A stretch of DNA of 64,000 nucleotides from Trueperaceae bacterium (GTDB taxonomy: Bacteria; Deinococcota; Deinococci; Deinococcales; Trueperaceae): NCBI GenBank assembly GCA_965213925.1, contig OZ243927.1, positions 672,001 through 736,000 of the forward strand, written 5' to 3'. Below are positions 12,755-21,813 of the stretch, one piece after another (the first letter of the stretch is position 1; each line of letters opens with the position of its first letter). A program made the position numbers and the translations under genes. The notes beneath the pieces are model-generated. The model ran no database searches. It was not told the origin of the DNA and worked only from the letters and a program-made list of their open reading frames with translations.

Positions 12755-13586
12755 CAGCTTGGGCAGAGGATTAGACGCCCTGCTGCCGAAAAACGAAAAA
12801 GAGAAGAGCAAAGACAAGGGTGTTGATCAACTCCCCGTAGACGCGCTCTCCGTCTCGAGTTATCAGCCCCGCAAATATATCGACCCTGAAGCAATCGCGG
12901 AACTTGCGAGTTCGGTCTCGCAAAAGGGAATTCTCCAACCGCTACTGGTCCGTCCGCTAGAAGAAGGCTACGAAATCGTCGCAGGGGAGAGGCGCTTTCG
13001 GGCGGCGCAGCAGGTAGGACTTAAAACGGTTCCTGCCATTATCCGTGATTTAACGGATAGAGAAACGCTCGAGATCGCCATCATCGAGAACGTTCAGCGT
13101 GAAAATCTTAATTCGGTAGAGGAAGCGCGGGCATTTAAGCAACTCATGGACTTCGGTATGAATCAAGAAGAGGTTGCCAAGGCGGTAGGGAAGAGCCGCA
13201 GCGCAGTAGCGAACACCTTGCGACTGCTTCAATTAGGCGACGCGGCGTTATTGGCGTTGGAAAAGCGTACTATCAGTGCGGGACATGCAAGGGCGATTCT
13301 TGCTCAGCCGGAAAGCGATAGAACCTGGGCGCTAGGGCGCATCCTCGAGAACAACCTCTCGGTACGCGAAGCTGAGGGTCTGAAGCGGCAAGTTGTTACC
13401 TCTTCATCCCGGGACAGTAAGAAAGACACCTCTGATGGACGGTACGCGCACATCGAAATGGATTTGGCGCGGCAAATCGGTACAAGGGTAAAGGTCTTAG
13501 GCGGCAATAAAGGCAAGATCGAGCTTCACTTCCACTCACAGGATGAGCTGCAACGGTTGCTCGAGCTGCTTCACTACCAAGCTTAG
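12738..13586 (+). CDS. parB: Chromosome partitioning protein ParB/Spo0J
   Basis: LGRGLDALL, GILQPLLVR, IVAGERRFRAA, GKSRSAVANTLRLL; GTG start after GAGGTG. Confidence 0.97.
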   Translation: MPAKRSSLGRGLDALLPKNEKEKSKDKGVDQLPVDALSVSSYQPRKYIDPEAIAELASSVSQKGILQPLLVRPLEEGYEIVAGERRFRAAQQVGLKTVPAIIRDLTDRETLEIAIIENVQRENLNSVEEARAFKQLMDFGMNQEEVAKAVGKSRSAVANTLRLLQLGDAALLALEKRTISAGHARAILAQPESDRTWALGRILENNLSVREAEGLKRQVVTSSSRDSKKDTSDGRYAHIEMDLARQIGTRVKVLGGNKGKIELHFHSQDELQRLLELLHYQA

Positions 13587-13602
13587 TGTTTCACGTGAAA
13601 CG
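13587..13602. promoter_or_regulatory. parS: parS site 3
   Basis: TGTTTCACGTGAAACG immediately after the parB stop codon. Confidence 0.9.
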
Positions 13603-13823
13603 TTCTCATCTGTAAACTGCTCACTGAACATCGAAATGTCGAGTCGCTCTGAATTCTATCTAACGGGTTTTTAGAGCGACTCACCTTGTCTGGTTCAGTG
13701 GTAAGGTTGTTGCAAGCGAGTTTGTACTTGTTAGATTTAACCCTACAGTCCTACTTTTTCGCGGTGTTAGGATGAGCGAGCCAATTGGCGAAGGTAGTAT
13801 CAGATCACTTTAGGGAGGAAACG

Positions 13824-14801
13824 ATGAAACAACCTGCACGTGTCGCTGTCACTGGCGCAGCTGGTCAGATCGGCTACGCACTGCTCTTCCGCATCGCCTC
13901 GGGCGATATGTTAGGTAAAGATCAGCCCGTTATCTTGCAACTCTTAGAGATCACACCCGCTTTAGACGCACTTCAAGGTGTCGTCATGGAACTCAACGAC
14001 GGTGCGTTTCCGCTCCTACACGGCACGACAACTTCAGATGACCCGAACGAAGCCTTCAAAGAGGTTGATTACGCTTTACTCGTAGGTTCTAAACCTCGTA
14101 GCAAAGGTGAAGAACGCGCCGCGCTCCTAGAAGCTAACGGCAAAATCTTCACGGGGCAGGGGAAAGCCTTAAACGATAACGCCAGCCGCGATGTCAAGGT
14201 GCTCGTCGTCGGCAACCCCGCCAACACGAACGCGCTCATCGCCATGAAAAACGCGCCCGACCTCAATCCTAAACAGTTCACTGCAATGACTCGCTTAGAC
14301 CACAACCGCGCCCTGAGCCAACTCGCAACGAAGACAGGTTCGCTAGTCAGCAACCTCAAGAAGATGATCGTGTGGGGCAACCACTCGAGCACCCAAGTCC
14401 CCGACCTCAGCCACGCCACCGTAGACGGTAAAGCGGCGACTGAGTTAGTCGATAAGTCTTGGGTAAAGGATGACTTCATTCCTACTGTGCAGAAGCGCGG
14501 CGCGGCGATTATCGAAGCGAGGGGAGCCTCGAGCGCCGCCTCCGCCGCCTCCGCTGCCGTCGACCACATGCGCGACTGGGCACACGGCACGCCCGAAGAT
14601 GACTGGGTCAGCATGTCCATCCCGAGCGACGGTTCTTACGGCGTCGAAGAGGGCATCATTTACTCGTTTCCCGTAACGGTTAAAAATGGTTCCTACGAAG
14701 TTGTGCAAGGACTGGACAACAGTGAGTTTGTGCAGGAGAAGATGAAGGCGACGGAAGAGGAGCTAGTGGGGGAGAGGGACGCGGTTGAACATTTGATTTA
14801 G
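13824..14801 (+). CDS. mdh: Malate dehydrogenase (type 2)
   Basis: [42 protein letters not shown] before ATG 13824. Confidence 0.97.
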   Translation: MKQPARVAVTGAAGQIGYALLFRIASGDMLGKDQPVILQLLEITPALDALQGVVMELNDGAFPLLHGTTTSDDPNEAFKEVDYALLVGSKPRSKGEERAALLEANGKIFTGQGKALNDNASRDVKVLVVGNPANTNALIAMKNAPDLNPKQFTAMTRLDHNRALSQLATKTGSLVSNLKKMIVWGNHSSTQVPDLSHATVDGKAATELVDKSWVKDDFIPTVQKRGAAIIEARGASSAASAASAAVDHMRDWAHGTPEDDWVSMSIPSDGSYGVEEGIIYSFPVTVKNGSYEVVQGLDNSEFVQEKMKATEEELVGERDAVEHLI

Positions 14802-14817
14802 GTTTTACTGGAAAAAT

Positions 14818-14851
14818 AAAAGAGCGAGCGGGAAGTACCGTTTGCTCTTTT
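14818..14851. terminator. Bidirectional intrinsic terminator
   Basis: AAAAGAGCGAGCGG-GAAGTA-CCGTTTGCTCTTTT between convergent genes. Confidence 0.7.
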
Positions 14852-14866
14852 TCTACTTTCTGCTTT

Positions 14867-15382
14867 TCAAAGTTTTGTAGACGATGTTTCTGGTTCATCG
14901 AAGATTCCAAATGGCGGAGTTCCGTAAGCGGTACGCCATTGTCCTCGCAAAACAGCTCGTGGATTCGATGCTGTTGCTGCTTCCATAATAGCTTGCGTTA
15001 CTTCTTTCTGATTCTTTAAGAAAGAGGTGAAAAGCGTAGTGTGTCGCCTCTGTCCTTCAACTACAAGGGCGACGTTGTAGCCTCCAAAGTAATTCATGAG
15101 TATCCAAACCTCTTCGACTTGATGCCACTCTACACGCTTCTCGTTCCATGAACTCTTTCTTCGAAAACCAGTCAGATTCACTAAGTATTGAGATGTAAAC
15201 AAAGAAAAAGGCAGATATAACGCCCAGATAGAAAAAGGGAGCATTAAGGCATGGGGTAAAACTTCAAAAGTTCTCAAGTATAAGCTCTCAAAGATCATGT
15301 ACAACCCACCTATACCCATTGCGAACATGAGGGCTAGCTGTAGAGATTTGAAAGCACCTTTCTTCGATGTTACAGTTTTCAT
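14867..15382 (-). CDS. Hypothetical membrane protein (2 TM plus possible PH-like domain), low GC
   Basis: Two hydrophobic segments followed by RVEWHQVEEV; AGGAAAGG RBS-like sequence. Confidence 0.6.
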   Translation of the reverse strand: MKTVTSKKGAFKSLQLALMFAMGIGGLYMIFESLYLRTFEVLPHALMLPFSIWALYLPFSLFTSQYLVNLTGFRRKSSWNEKRVEWHQVEEVWILMNYFGGYNVALVVEGQRRHTTLFTSFLKNQKEVTQAIMEAATASNPRAVLRGQWRTAYGTPPFGIFDEPETSSTKL

Positions 15383-15590
15383 TGAAGCTTGACCTTTCCT
15401 CGCTCTTACAATGCTTTCTATTCTGAAGGCTTTTTACGTAACTCGAGATAACCAATTTCTCACGCAACTTCGGAGTTATTCCGATAAAGCGGGTTTTGTG
15501 TTATGCTTAAAGGTAGTAAGGTATCGCAATACCATCAAGCGACATGAAGCGGTACATGGATTGCAGCACGTCGAGGAAGGCATTTCGAGT

Positions 15591-16025
15591 ATGAGCGACA
15601 AGGAGCAGATTAGAAATACCCTAAAAACTCACGGGCTACGTTACAGCAAGCCCAGGGAGGTCATCTTGAGCTTGTTCGGTGAGCGCGACATGCATATCAG
15701 CGCGGAGCAGCTCTACCTAGAACTCAAGCAACGCGGCGAAGACCTGAGCTTGTCTACGGTCTACCTCAACTTGGGTGTACTGCGCGGCGCAGGGCTGATT
15801 CGTGAGTTTAGTGGCGTCGGCGGGGAAGCGCTCTATGACAGCAACGTTGGACCACACCATCACCTCATCTGTAAGCAGTGCGGTGACATTTTGGACTTGC
15901 CCGAGGTGATGATTCAAGAGGTGTCGCCTAAGCAATTCTTACGTGACAGTGCTGAAAAGGTCTCAGGGTGGCGGGTGGATGAGCCATCGTTGGATTTGCA
16001 GGGGCTTTGCCCGGACTGTCAGTAG
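15591..16025 (+). CDS. Fur/PerR family transcriptional repressor
   Basis: GLRYSKPREVIL, HISAEQLY, LSTVYLNL, HHHLICKQCG, GLCPDC; start refined to ATG 15591. Confidence 0.92.
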   Translation: MSDKEQIRNTLKTHGLRYSKPREVILSLFGERDMHISAEQLYLELKQRGEDLSLSTVYLNLGVLRGAGLIREFSGVGGEALYDSNVGPHHHLICKQCGDILDLPEVMIQEVSPKQFLRDSAEKVSGWRVDEPSLDLQGLCPDCQ

Positions 16026-16044
16026 ATTCTAATTTTGTAGTTGT

Positions 16045-16476
16045 ATGTCTGTTTTCATTAGACCCGCATCAGTAGAAGATGCAGTCGCTCTCAAAGAACT
16101 TGATACAGTTGTGCCGTATGATGCTACTCGAGCCATCTATCTTGATGAGTGGCTTGAGAAAGATAAGGTACTAATCGCAGAGCTTGATGACAAGATCGCA
16201 GGATACGGTGTTCTGAATCATGCTTTCTTCCGACAAAGTCAGGTTGACATGCTTATGGTTGGTGCAGACTACCGAGGACAGCGCATAGGAGAGCATTTAC
16301 TCTTGGCGCTTGAAGAACTTTGTGACACACCTAAATTTTGGGTAACGACGAACCTATCGAATCACCGTATGCAAAAGTTACTTACGCGCCTCGGCTATAA
16401 ACCTTGCGGCTATATTGACGAGCTAGACCCTGGCGACCCTGAGCTGATCTTCGTCAAGCGCGTGTCTACTGGCTGA
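16045..16476 (+). CDS. GNAT family N-acetyltransferase
   Basis: VGADYRGQRIGEHLL, NHRMQKLLTRLGY. Confidence 0.85.
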   Translation: MSVFIRPASVEDAVALKELDTVVPYDATRAIYLDEWLEKDKVLIAELDDKIAGYGVLNHAFFRQSQVDMLMVGADYRGQRIGEHLLLALEELCDTPKFWVTTNLSNHRMQKLLTRLGYKPCGYIDELDPGDPELIFVKRVSTG

Positions 16477-16516
16477 ACGCCACTTTCATCCCACGTGGCT
16501 TAGCAAGGCATAGTGG

Positions 16517-17257
16517 TTATACGTAGCCCACTTCTGAACGAGATCGGTCTGCTATAACCTCTGCGAGTAGAGGATCGTACGAGAGGTAATCTGCCAATGC
16601 TAATTTAATATCTGGATGCGCCTTCTGCGCCGTCTCGATCGCTTCTGGCAAGTCGTCTGCGACGTGTCCACCGAACTGTAAGAAGTAGGGCACAGCTACG
16701 ATTTGAGCCACCTTCTTCTCTGCGAGCATCTGAACGCCTTCAGCGATGTTAGGCTCGTTGATCTCCATGAAACTCACCTGAACCGCTCTGTAAGTTGAGC
16801 GCTCGCGGATAGCTTCGGCGACTCTGTAAATGGGCGCGTTCGCCTCGGCGTGGGGCGTGCCGTGCGCCATAAGGAGCAAAGCGCAGTCGTCTTCAGTGCG
16901 CGTCGCCGCTGAACGGTCCAGGACCATCTGGACGAGCGCGGGGTGGTACTCGAAAGCGTCCGCAATACTAAACGTGAGCGTTGGATGAGCAATTCTAGCC
17001 TCTTCGATGAGTTTGGGTAGGATACGTTTAACGTAAAACCCTGAAATCAGGAAGTAAGGCTGAACCGCGATATGTGTCGCGCCTTTGCGGACGCAGCGCT
17101 CAACCGCGTCCGCTACGGTGGGCCTACTGAAATTCAAAAAGCCTGCTGTAGCGATCGGCGCGACGCCCTGCTTGCGTAAAAGCGCCGCCAAGCGAATCAT
17201 CGACGCCCCCGACGCTTGGCGGAGGCTGCCGTGTCCGACTAAAACGACCGCGTTCAT
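16517..17257 (-). CDS. sirB: Sirohydrochlorin chelatase (SirB/CbiX, two domains)
   Basis: Duplicated LVGHGS / LMAHGT and PYFL motifs; coupled to the uroporphyrinogen methyltransferase. Confidence 0.85.
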   Translation of the reverse strand: MNAVVLVGHGSLRQASGASMIRLAALLRKQGVAPIATAGFLNFSRPTVADAVERCVRKGATHIAVQPYFLISGFYVKRILPKLIEEARIAHPTLTFSIADAFEYHPALVQMVLDRSAATRTEDDCALLLMAHGTPHAEANAPIYRVAEAIRERSTYRAVQVSFMEINEPNIAEGVQMLAEKKVAQIVAVPYFLQFGGHVADDLPEAIETAQKAHPDIKLALADYLSYDPLLAEVIADRSRSEVGYV

Positions 17258-18087
17258 AGCGCGGCGCTAAGAAGGTCTGACGCAAGCTCTGCGCTTTCCG
17301 CAACGCCTAAATCAACGTCTAAATCGAACCAGCGCAGTTCGGAGCGCAGCCGCACGACGTCGCCGACGACGAGCGTGGCGGGCGCTCTGAGTCCAGCTTC
17401 GCGGACGTTCGCAGCGATGGTCTCTAAGGTCCCCTCCACCGTCTCCTGCTGAGGCGTCGTTCCCCAGCGCACCATCGCTGCGGGCGTGCTAGGCGAGCGA
17501 CCCGCTTTGATGAGTTCTTCGGTGATCGCCCCTATCCTCCCCACCCCCATCAAAATAACGAGCGTGTCCACCCCCGCTAGCGCCCGCCAGTCATGCCCCG
17601 ATTCTCCTTTAGCCGGGTCTTCGTGTCCCGCCACAATCGCCACCGACGCTGCTATGTTGCGGTGCGTGACCGGAATCCCGGCGTACGCGGGCGCAGCCAC
17701 TGCTGACGAGATGCCCGGTACGATTTCAAAAGGGATGTTCGCCTCGCAGAGCGCGAACGCCTCTTCGCCGCCGCGCCCGAAGATGAAGGGGTCGCCGCCC
17801 TTGAGCCGCACCACATTGCGCCCGAGTGTCGCCCGCTGTACCAGGAGCGTATTGATGGCGTCTTGCGAGTACGACGGCTGAACACCGTGCTTGCCCACGT
17901 AGATAAGTTCGGCGTCGGCGCGGCATTCTTGCAGCAGCTTAGGATTGACGAGGCGGTCATAAGCGACGACGTCGGCGTTTTGCAAGCGGCGCAAGCCCTT
18001 GACGGTCATAAGCTCGGGGTCGCCCGGACCTGCGCCGACGAGCGAGACGAAGCCTACTGGTGAGTTGGCTGGAGGGGGGTAAGACAT
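17254..18087 (-). CDS. cobA: Uroporphyrinogen-III C-methyltransferase
   Basis: [42 protein letters not shown]. Confidence 0.95.
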   Translation of the reverse strand: MSYPPPANSPVGFVSLVGAGPGDPELMTVKGLRRLQNADVVAYDRLVNPKLLQECRADAELIYVGKHGVQPSYSQDAINTLLVQRATLGRNVVRLKGGDPFIFGRGGEEAFALCEANIPFEIVPGISSAVAAPAYAGIPVTHRNIAASVAIVAGHEDPAKGESGHDWRALAGVDTLVILMGVGRIGAITEELIKAGRSPSTPAAMVRWGTTPQQETVEGTLETIAANVREAGLRAPATLVVGDVVRLRSELRWFDLDVDLGVAESAELASDLLSAAL

Positions 18088-18120
18088 GTCCTCCTTTATA
18101 CTCCAAAAGTTTACAAAAGA

Positions 18121-18164
18121 TGTCAGCTATGTACTTGACATAAATTGTCACTTACCTGTAGCCT
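18121..18164 (+). promoter_or_regulatory. Sigma70-like promoter with overlapping TGACA/TGTCA inverted repeats
   Basis: TTGACA(18135)-N18-TAGCCT(18159); TGACA-TAAAT-TGTCA at 18136-18150 and TGTCA-N10-TGACA at 18121-18140. Confidence 0.55.
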
Positions 18165-18242
18165 CGGAGTCATTGAAGAGGTCACCTCGCACGTAGACTT
18201 GAAAGCGCTGCGGGAGTTGCAGGAGCACGAAGGGAAGCGTGG

Positions 18243-18326
18243 ATGAAGAAACTCGTTTTAGTAGACAACAGCGTATCGGCGGTAGCCCGGACCTTCTCCT
18301 GTTGTCGCTCCCTCTGCTGTTCCTGA
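18243..18326 (+). CDS. Cys-rich leader peptide (27 aa), putative attenuator uORF
   Basis: MKKLVLVDNSVSAVARTFSCCRSLCCS*; AGGGAAG upstream; ends 94 nt before the sulfite reductase ATG. Confidence 0.75.
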   Translation: MKKLVLVDNSVSAVARTFSCCRSLCCS

Positions 18327-18352
18327 TTGCTGATTTTTAGCTCTCAACCTAT

Positions 18353-18384
18353 CCAGACTGACCCAACCCCAGACTGACCCAACC
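18353..18384 (+). repeat. 16-bp tandem direct repeat in a C-rich leader
   Basis: CCAGACTGACCCAACC x2. Confidence 0.9.
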
Positions 18385-18420
18385 TAAGCAAACAAACCTC
18401 TTAATCTTTAGGGATGCTCT

Positions 18421-20196
18421 ATGCCTGACACCAAATCCACTAAGCCCACTAAACCTAAGCGCACGCACAAGCCCAGCGTCGAAGAGATTAAAGTTGCCAG
18501 CCGCTTTTTGAGCCAGGGCGTACAAGAGCAGCTCGACGCCCCTACTGACAACGTGGACGAAACCGGCTACCAGCTCCTCAAGTTCTCGGGTATCTATCAG
18601 CAAGACGACCGCGACCAGCGCAAGCAACGTCGTAAAGAGGGCAAGGACCGCGCTTACTCCTTCATGGTGCGCTCGAAAGCGCCTGCGGGCATCCTCTCCG
18701 CGGAGCAGTACTTGGTCCACGACAGGCTCTGCGACTCGCACGGCAACGGTACGATGCGCTTCACCACGCGCCAGGGTATCCAGCTTCATGGTGTCGTCAA
18801 GGGCGACCTCAAACCGCTCATCCAAGAACTCAACCACGCTTTAGTCACGACGCTCGCCGCCTGCGGTGATGTGAACCGCAATGTCATGGGCTGCCCCGCG
18901 CCCGAGAAAGACCGCGAGCACGCGCTGATCGATCAGGTGTGCCGCGAGATCGAGGCGCACCTCTTACCGCGTAGCACGGCGTATTACGACCTCTGGATCG
19001 ACGGCGAAAAGCAGCAAATCCCGGTTGCACCCGCCGTCTCGGAGGCGTCCCTCTCAGGCGACGAAGAGGAGCCGATTTACGGCAAGACCTACCTGCCGCG
19101 CAAGTTCAAAATCGGGGTGGCGTTTCCGCACGACAACTGCGTGGACGTGTTCACCCAAGACATCGGCATCGTGCCGGTTTTAGAGGGTGACACGCTCAGG
19201 GGCTACAATATCCTAGTGGGCGGCGGCATGGGCATGAGCCACACCGATGACACGACCTTCCCGCGTCTCGCGGAGCCTCTAGGCTTCGTTGCGCCGAACG
19301 CGCTCATCACTACCCTCGAAGCCATCGTCACTGTCCAGCGCGATTTCGGCAACCGCGAGAACCGCAAGCGGGCGCGGATGAAATATTTGGTGGACGAGTG
19401 GGGCATCGAGAAGTTTCGCGCTACCGTCCAGGAGCGCCTCAGCCACGAGATTCAACCTTGGGCCCAAGTCGGCGAATTCAGCGTAGACGACCACCTAGGC
19501 TGGCGCGAGCAGGGCGACGGGCGCTACTACTTTGGCGTCCCGGTGGAGAACGGGCGCATCAAGGACGAGGGCGAGATGCGGCTGCGCTCCGGCTTGCGTG
19601 CCATTATCGAGCGTTTCCGCTGCGAAGTGCGCATCACGGCGCAGCACAACCTCTTGCTCACGAATTTGAAGGCGGAGGACGAGGAGACGCTGCGGACGAT
19701 GCTACGTGAGTATGGCATCCGCACAAAAGAAGACATTACCAAAGCGCGGCGCTACGCTATCGCGTGCCCGGCGCTGCCGACGTGCAGCTTGGCGCTAGCC
19801 GAATCCGAGCGGGTCATGCCCTCAGTCATTGACGGGCTCGAGTCTCAACTCGACACTTTAGGCTTAGGAGGCGAAGACATCGTCATCCGCATGACCGGCT
19901 GCCCCAACGGGTGCGCCCGCCCCCACACCGCCGAACTCGCCTTTATCGGGCGTTCGCCGGGTAAGTATAAGCTCTACGTGGGCGGCGCGTTTAACGGCAC
20001 GCGCTTAGCGCAGGAGTACGCTGACTTAGTCGACCAAGACGACATCCTGCCGACCGTCACGCCACTTTTCAAGCTCTGGAAAGAGCAGCGCGAGCCGGAT
20101 GAGCACTTCGGGGACTTCTGCTACCGTCAAGGGGTGTCTACCCTGCAAGCAGCAACTCAGTCAGAGGCTCGAGAGGTCTCCCTGAGCCATGACTAA
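18421..20196 (+). CDS. cysI: Assimilatory sulfite reductase hemoprotein (CysI/Sir)
   Basis: [31 protein letters not shown] and TGCPNGC siroheme/4Fe-4S ligands. Confidence 0.93.
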   Translation: MPDTKSTKPTKPKRTHKPSVEEIKVASRFLSQGVQEQLDAPTDNVDETGYQLLKFSGIYQQDDRDQRKQRRKEGKDRAYSFMVRSKAPAGILSAEQYLVHDRLCDSHGNGTMRFTTRQGIQLHGVVKGDLKPLIQELNHALVTTLAACGDVNRNVMGCPAPEKDREHALIDQVCREIEAHLLPRSTAYYDLWIDGEKQQIPVAPAVSEASLSGDEEEPIYGKTYLPRKFKIGVAFPHDNCVDVFTQDIGIVPVLEGDTLRGYNILVGGGMGMSHTDDTTFPRLAEPLGFVAPNALITTLEAIVTVQRDFGNRENRKRARMKYLVDEWGIEKFRATVQERLSHEIQPWAQVGEFSVDDHLGWREQGDGRYYFGVPVENGRIKDEGEMRLRSGLRAIIERFRCEVRITAQHNLLLTNLKAEDEETLRTMLREYGIRTKEDITKARRYAIACPALPTCSLALAESERVMPSVIDGLESQLDTLGLGGEDIVIRMTGCPNGCARPHTAELAFIGRSPGKYKLYVGGAFNGTRLAQEYADLVDQDDILPTVTPLFKLWKEQREPDEHFGDFCYRQGVSTLQAATQSEAREVSLSHD

Positions 20197-20839
20197 CGCC
20201 TTGAACGTCACCGACCCTAAAGAGGTCGTCGCCTGGGCGCTAGAACGCTACCCCAACGCGATGATGACGAGCGGCTTTAACCTCAACGGTACGGTTCTGC
20301 TCGACTTCGCGGTGCGCGCAGGCTTTCGGGGCGAAGTCGTCTTTATCGACACCCTCTCGCACTTTCCCGAAACCCTGGCAACCCGCAACGCCATCGCCGC
20401 ACGCTACCCCGAAATCACCTTGACAACGCTTCAGCCTGCGCTACCTAAGAGCGCCCTACCTGCGTGCGGCACCGCGGACTGCTGCCAGGTCCGCAAGTTA
20501 GAGCCTCTACGCCTCTATCTCGCCGAAAAACAGCCGAGCGCGCTCCTCAGCGCCCGCAGCCGCTTTCAGAGCGAGACGAGAGCGCAGCTCAACACGGTAG
20601 AGGACAGCGGCGACTACGTCAAGGTGAATCCGCTGGCGCACCTCTCACGTGAAGATTTAGAGGCTTACGCCCGCGAAAACGACCTCCCCGTCAATCCGCT
20701 TTACTGGCAGGGCTTCTTGAGCATCGGCTGCGCACCCATGACGCGGGCGGTGCGCGAGGGCGAAGACATGCGAGCGGGGCGCTGGGAAGGGCAGGAGAAG
20801 ACGGAGTGCGGGCTGTGGTACGGGGATAAAGCGCTCTAG
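20189..20839 (+). CDS. cysH: APS/PAPS reductase
   Basis: [39 protein letters not shown]. Confidence 0.9.
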   Translation: MTNALNVTDPKEVVAWALERYPNAMMTSGFNLNGTVLLDFAVRAGFRGEVVFIDTLSHFPETLATRNAIAARYPEITLTTLQPALPKSALPACGTADCCQVRKLEPLRLYLAEKQPSALLSARSRFQSETRAQLNTVEDSGDYVKVNPLAHLSREDLEAYARENDLPVNPLYWQGFLSIGCAPMTRAVREGEDMRAGRWEGQEKTECGLWYGDKAL

Positions 20840-20884
20840 CCTCAAAAGAATAAAAAATAGAAGAGGTCGCGGTAAAGTGAAAAG

Positions 20885-21730
20885 GTGGAAGCTCCTCACA
20901 TCACGATTCGCGACCTCTCTAGTATTGACGACCTGAGCCTTTGTGAAGAGGTTCAGCGCTCGGTGTGGGGCTTCTCTGACCTCGAGGTCCTGGCGGCGTC
21001 GCACCTGAGTGCGGCGGTTCACGCGGGCGGCTTGATGGCGGGTGCGTTTTGCAGGGGCGCGCATGAAGAGGTGAACCGAAGGGACAAGGAGACGCTCTGC
21101 GGCTTCATTTTTGGCTTCCCCTCTTACGAAGATGGTTCGGTCGGCCTCCACTCGCATATGATGGCGGTCTTGCCCGACTATCGCGGGTTGGGCATCGGTC
21201 AGCGGCTCAAGTGGTTCCAGCGTAGCTGGTGTTTAGAGCGAGGATTAGACTGGGTCACGTGGACCTTCGACCCCTTGCAAGCCAAAAATGCGAAGCTCAA
21301 CTTGGAGCATTTGGGCGGGACGGCGTCGGAGTATCTCGTCAACCCTTACGGTGAGTTGGGAGGCGACCTCAACGGCGAGCTGCCCAGTGACAGGCTCGTC
21401 ATCCGCTGGGACTTGCTGTGTAAGGAGGTGAAAAGGCTTGAGGCCGGCTCACCGCAAACCCCGCTCGCCCTGGACTCGCTCCAGGACGCGCCGCACGCCT
21501 ACGCCCTTCGCGCCAACGTACTAATGCCTAATTTCACGGATGAACCTCTTCTTTACGTGGCGACGCCGGAAGATATCAACGCTCTGAGGTCCGCCAACCC
21601 GGACAAAGCGCTGGCTTGGCGACTCGCTCAGCGCGAGGTGTTTTTAGAGCTTTTCGGCAGAGGCTACAGCGTGACACGGTTTGTGAACGGCTGTTACGTG
21701 CTCGAGCGCCAAGTTAGCGTGCAAGGGTAG
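20885..21730 (+). CDS. GNAT family acyltransferase
   Basis: LHSHMMAVLPDYRGLGIGQRLKWFQR, WTFDPLQAKNAKLN, PSDRL. Confidence 0.85.
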   Translation: MEAPHITIRDLSSIDDLSLCEEVQRSVWGFSDLEVLAASHLSAAVHAGGLMAGAFCRGAHEEVNRRDKETLCGFIFGFPSYEDGSVGLHSHMMAVLPDYRGLGIGQRLKWFQRSWCLERGLDWVTWTFDPLQAKNAKLNLEHLGGTASEYLVNPYGELGGDLNGELPSDRLVIRWDLLCKEVKRLEAGSPQTPLALDSLQDAPHAYALRANVLMPNFTDEPLLYVATPEDINALRSANPDKALAWRLAQREVFLELFGRGYSVTRFVNGCYVLERQVSVQG

Positions 21731-21751
21731 TCTCGAGAAGTCAGCGCGAAT

Positions 21752-21780
21752 GTAGGGACGGGTTTCAAACCCGCCCCTAC
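21752..21780. repeat. GTAG-tagged REP-like palindrome
   Basis: GTAGGGACGGGTTT-C-AAACCCGCCCCTAC between convergent genes. Confidence 0.75.
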
Positions 21781-21813
21781 GGAGCAAGCGTGGGAATCTC
21801 TAAAACTCGAGCC

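Noticed and set aside
15445..15484. Possible Fur/Per box or TCGGA-N5-TCCGA operator upstream of the Fur gene
   Set aside because: The match to the consensus is too weak to call.
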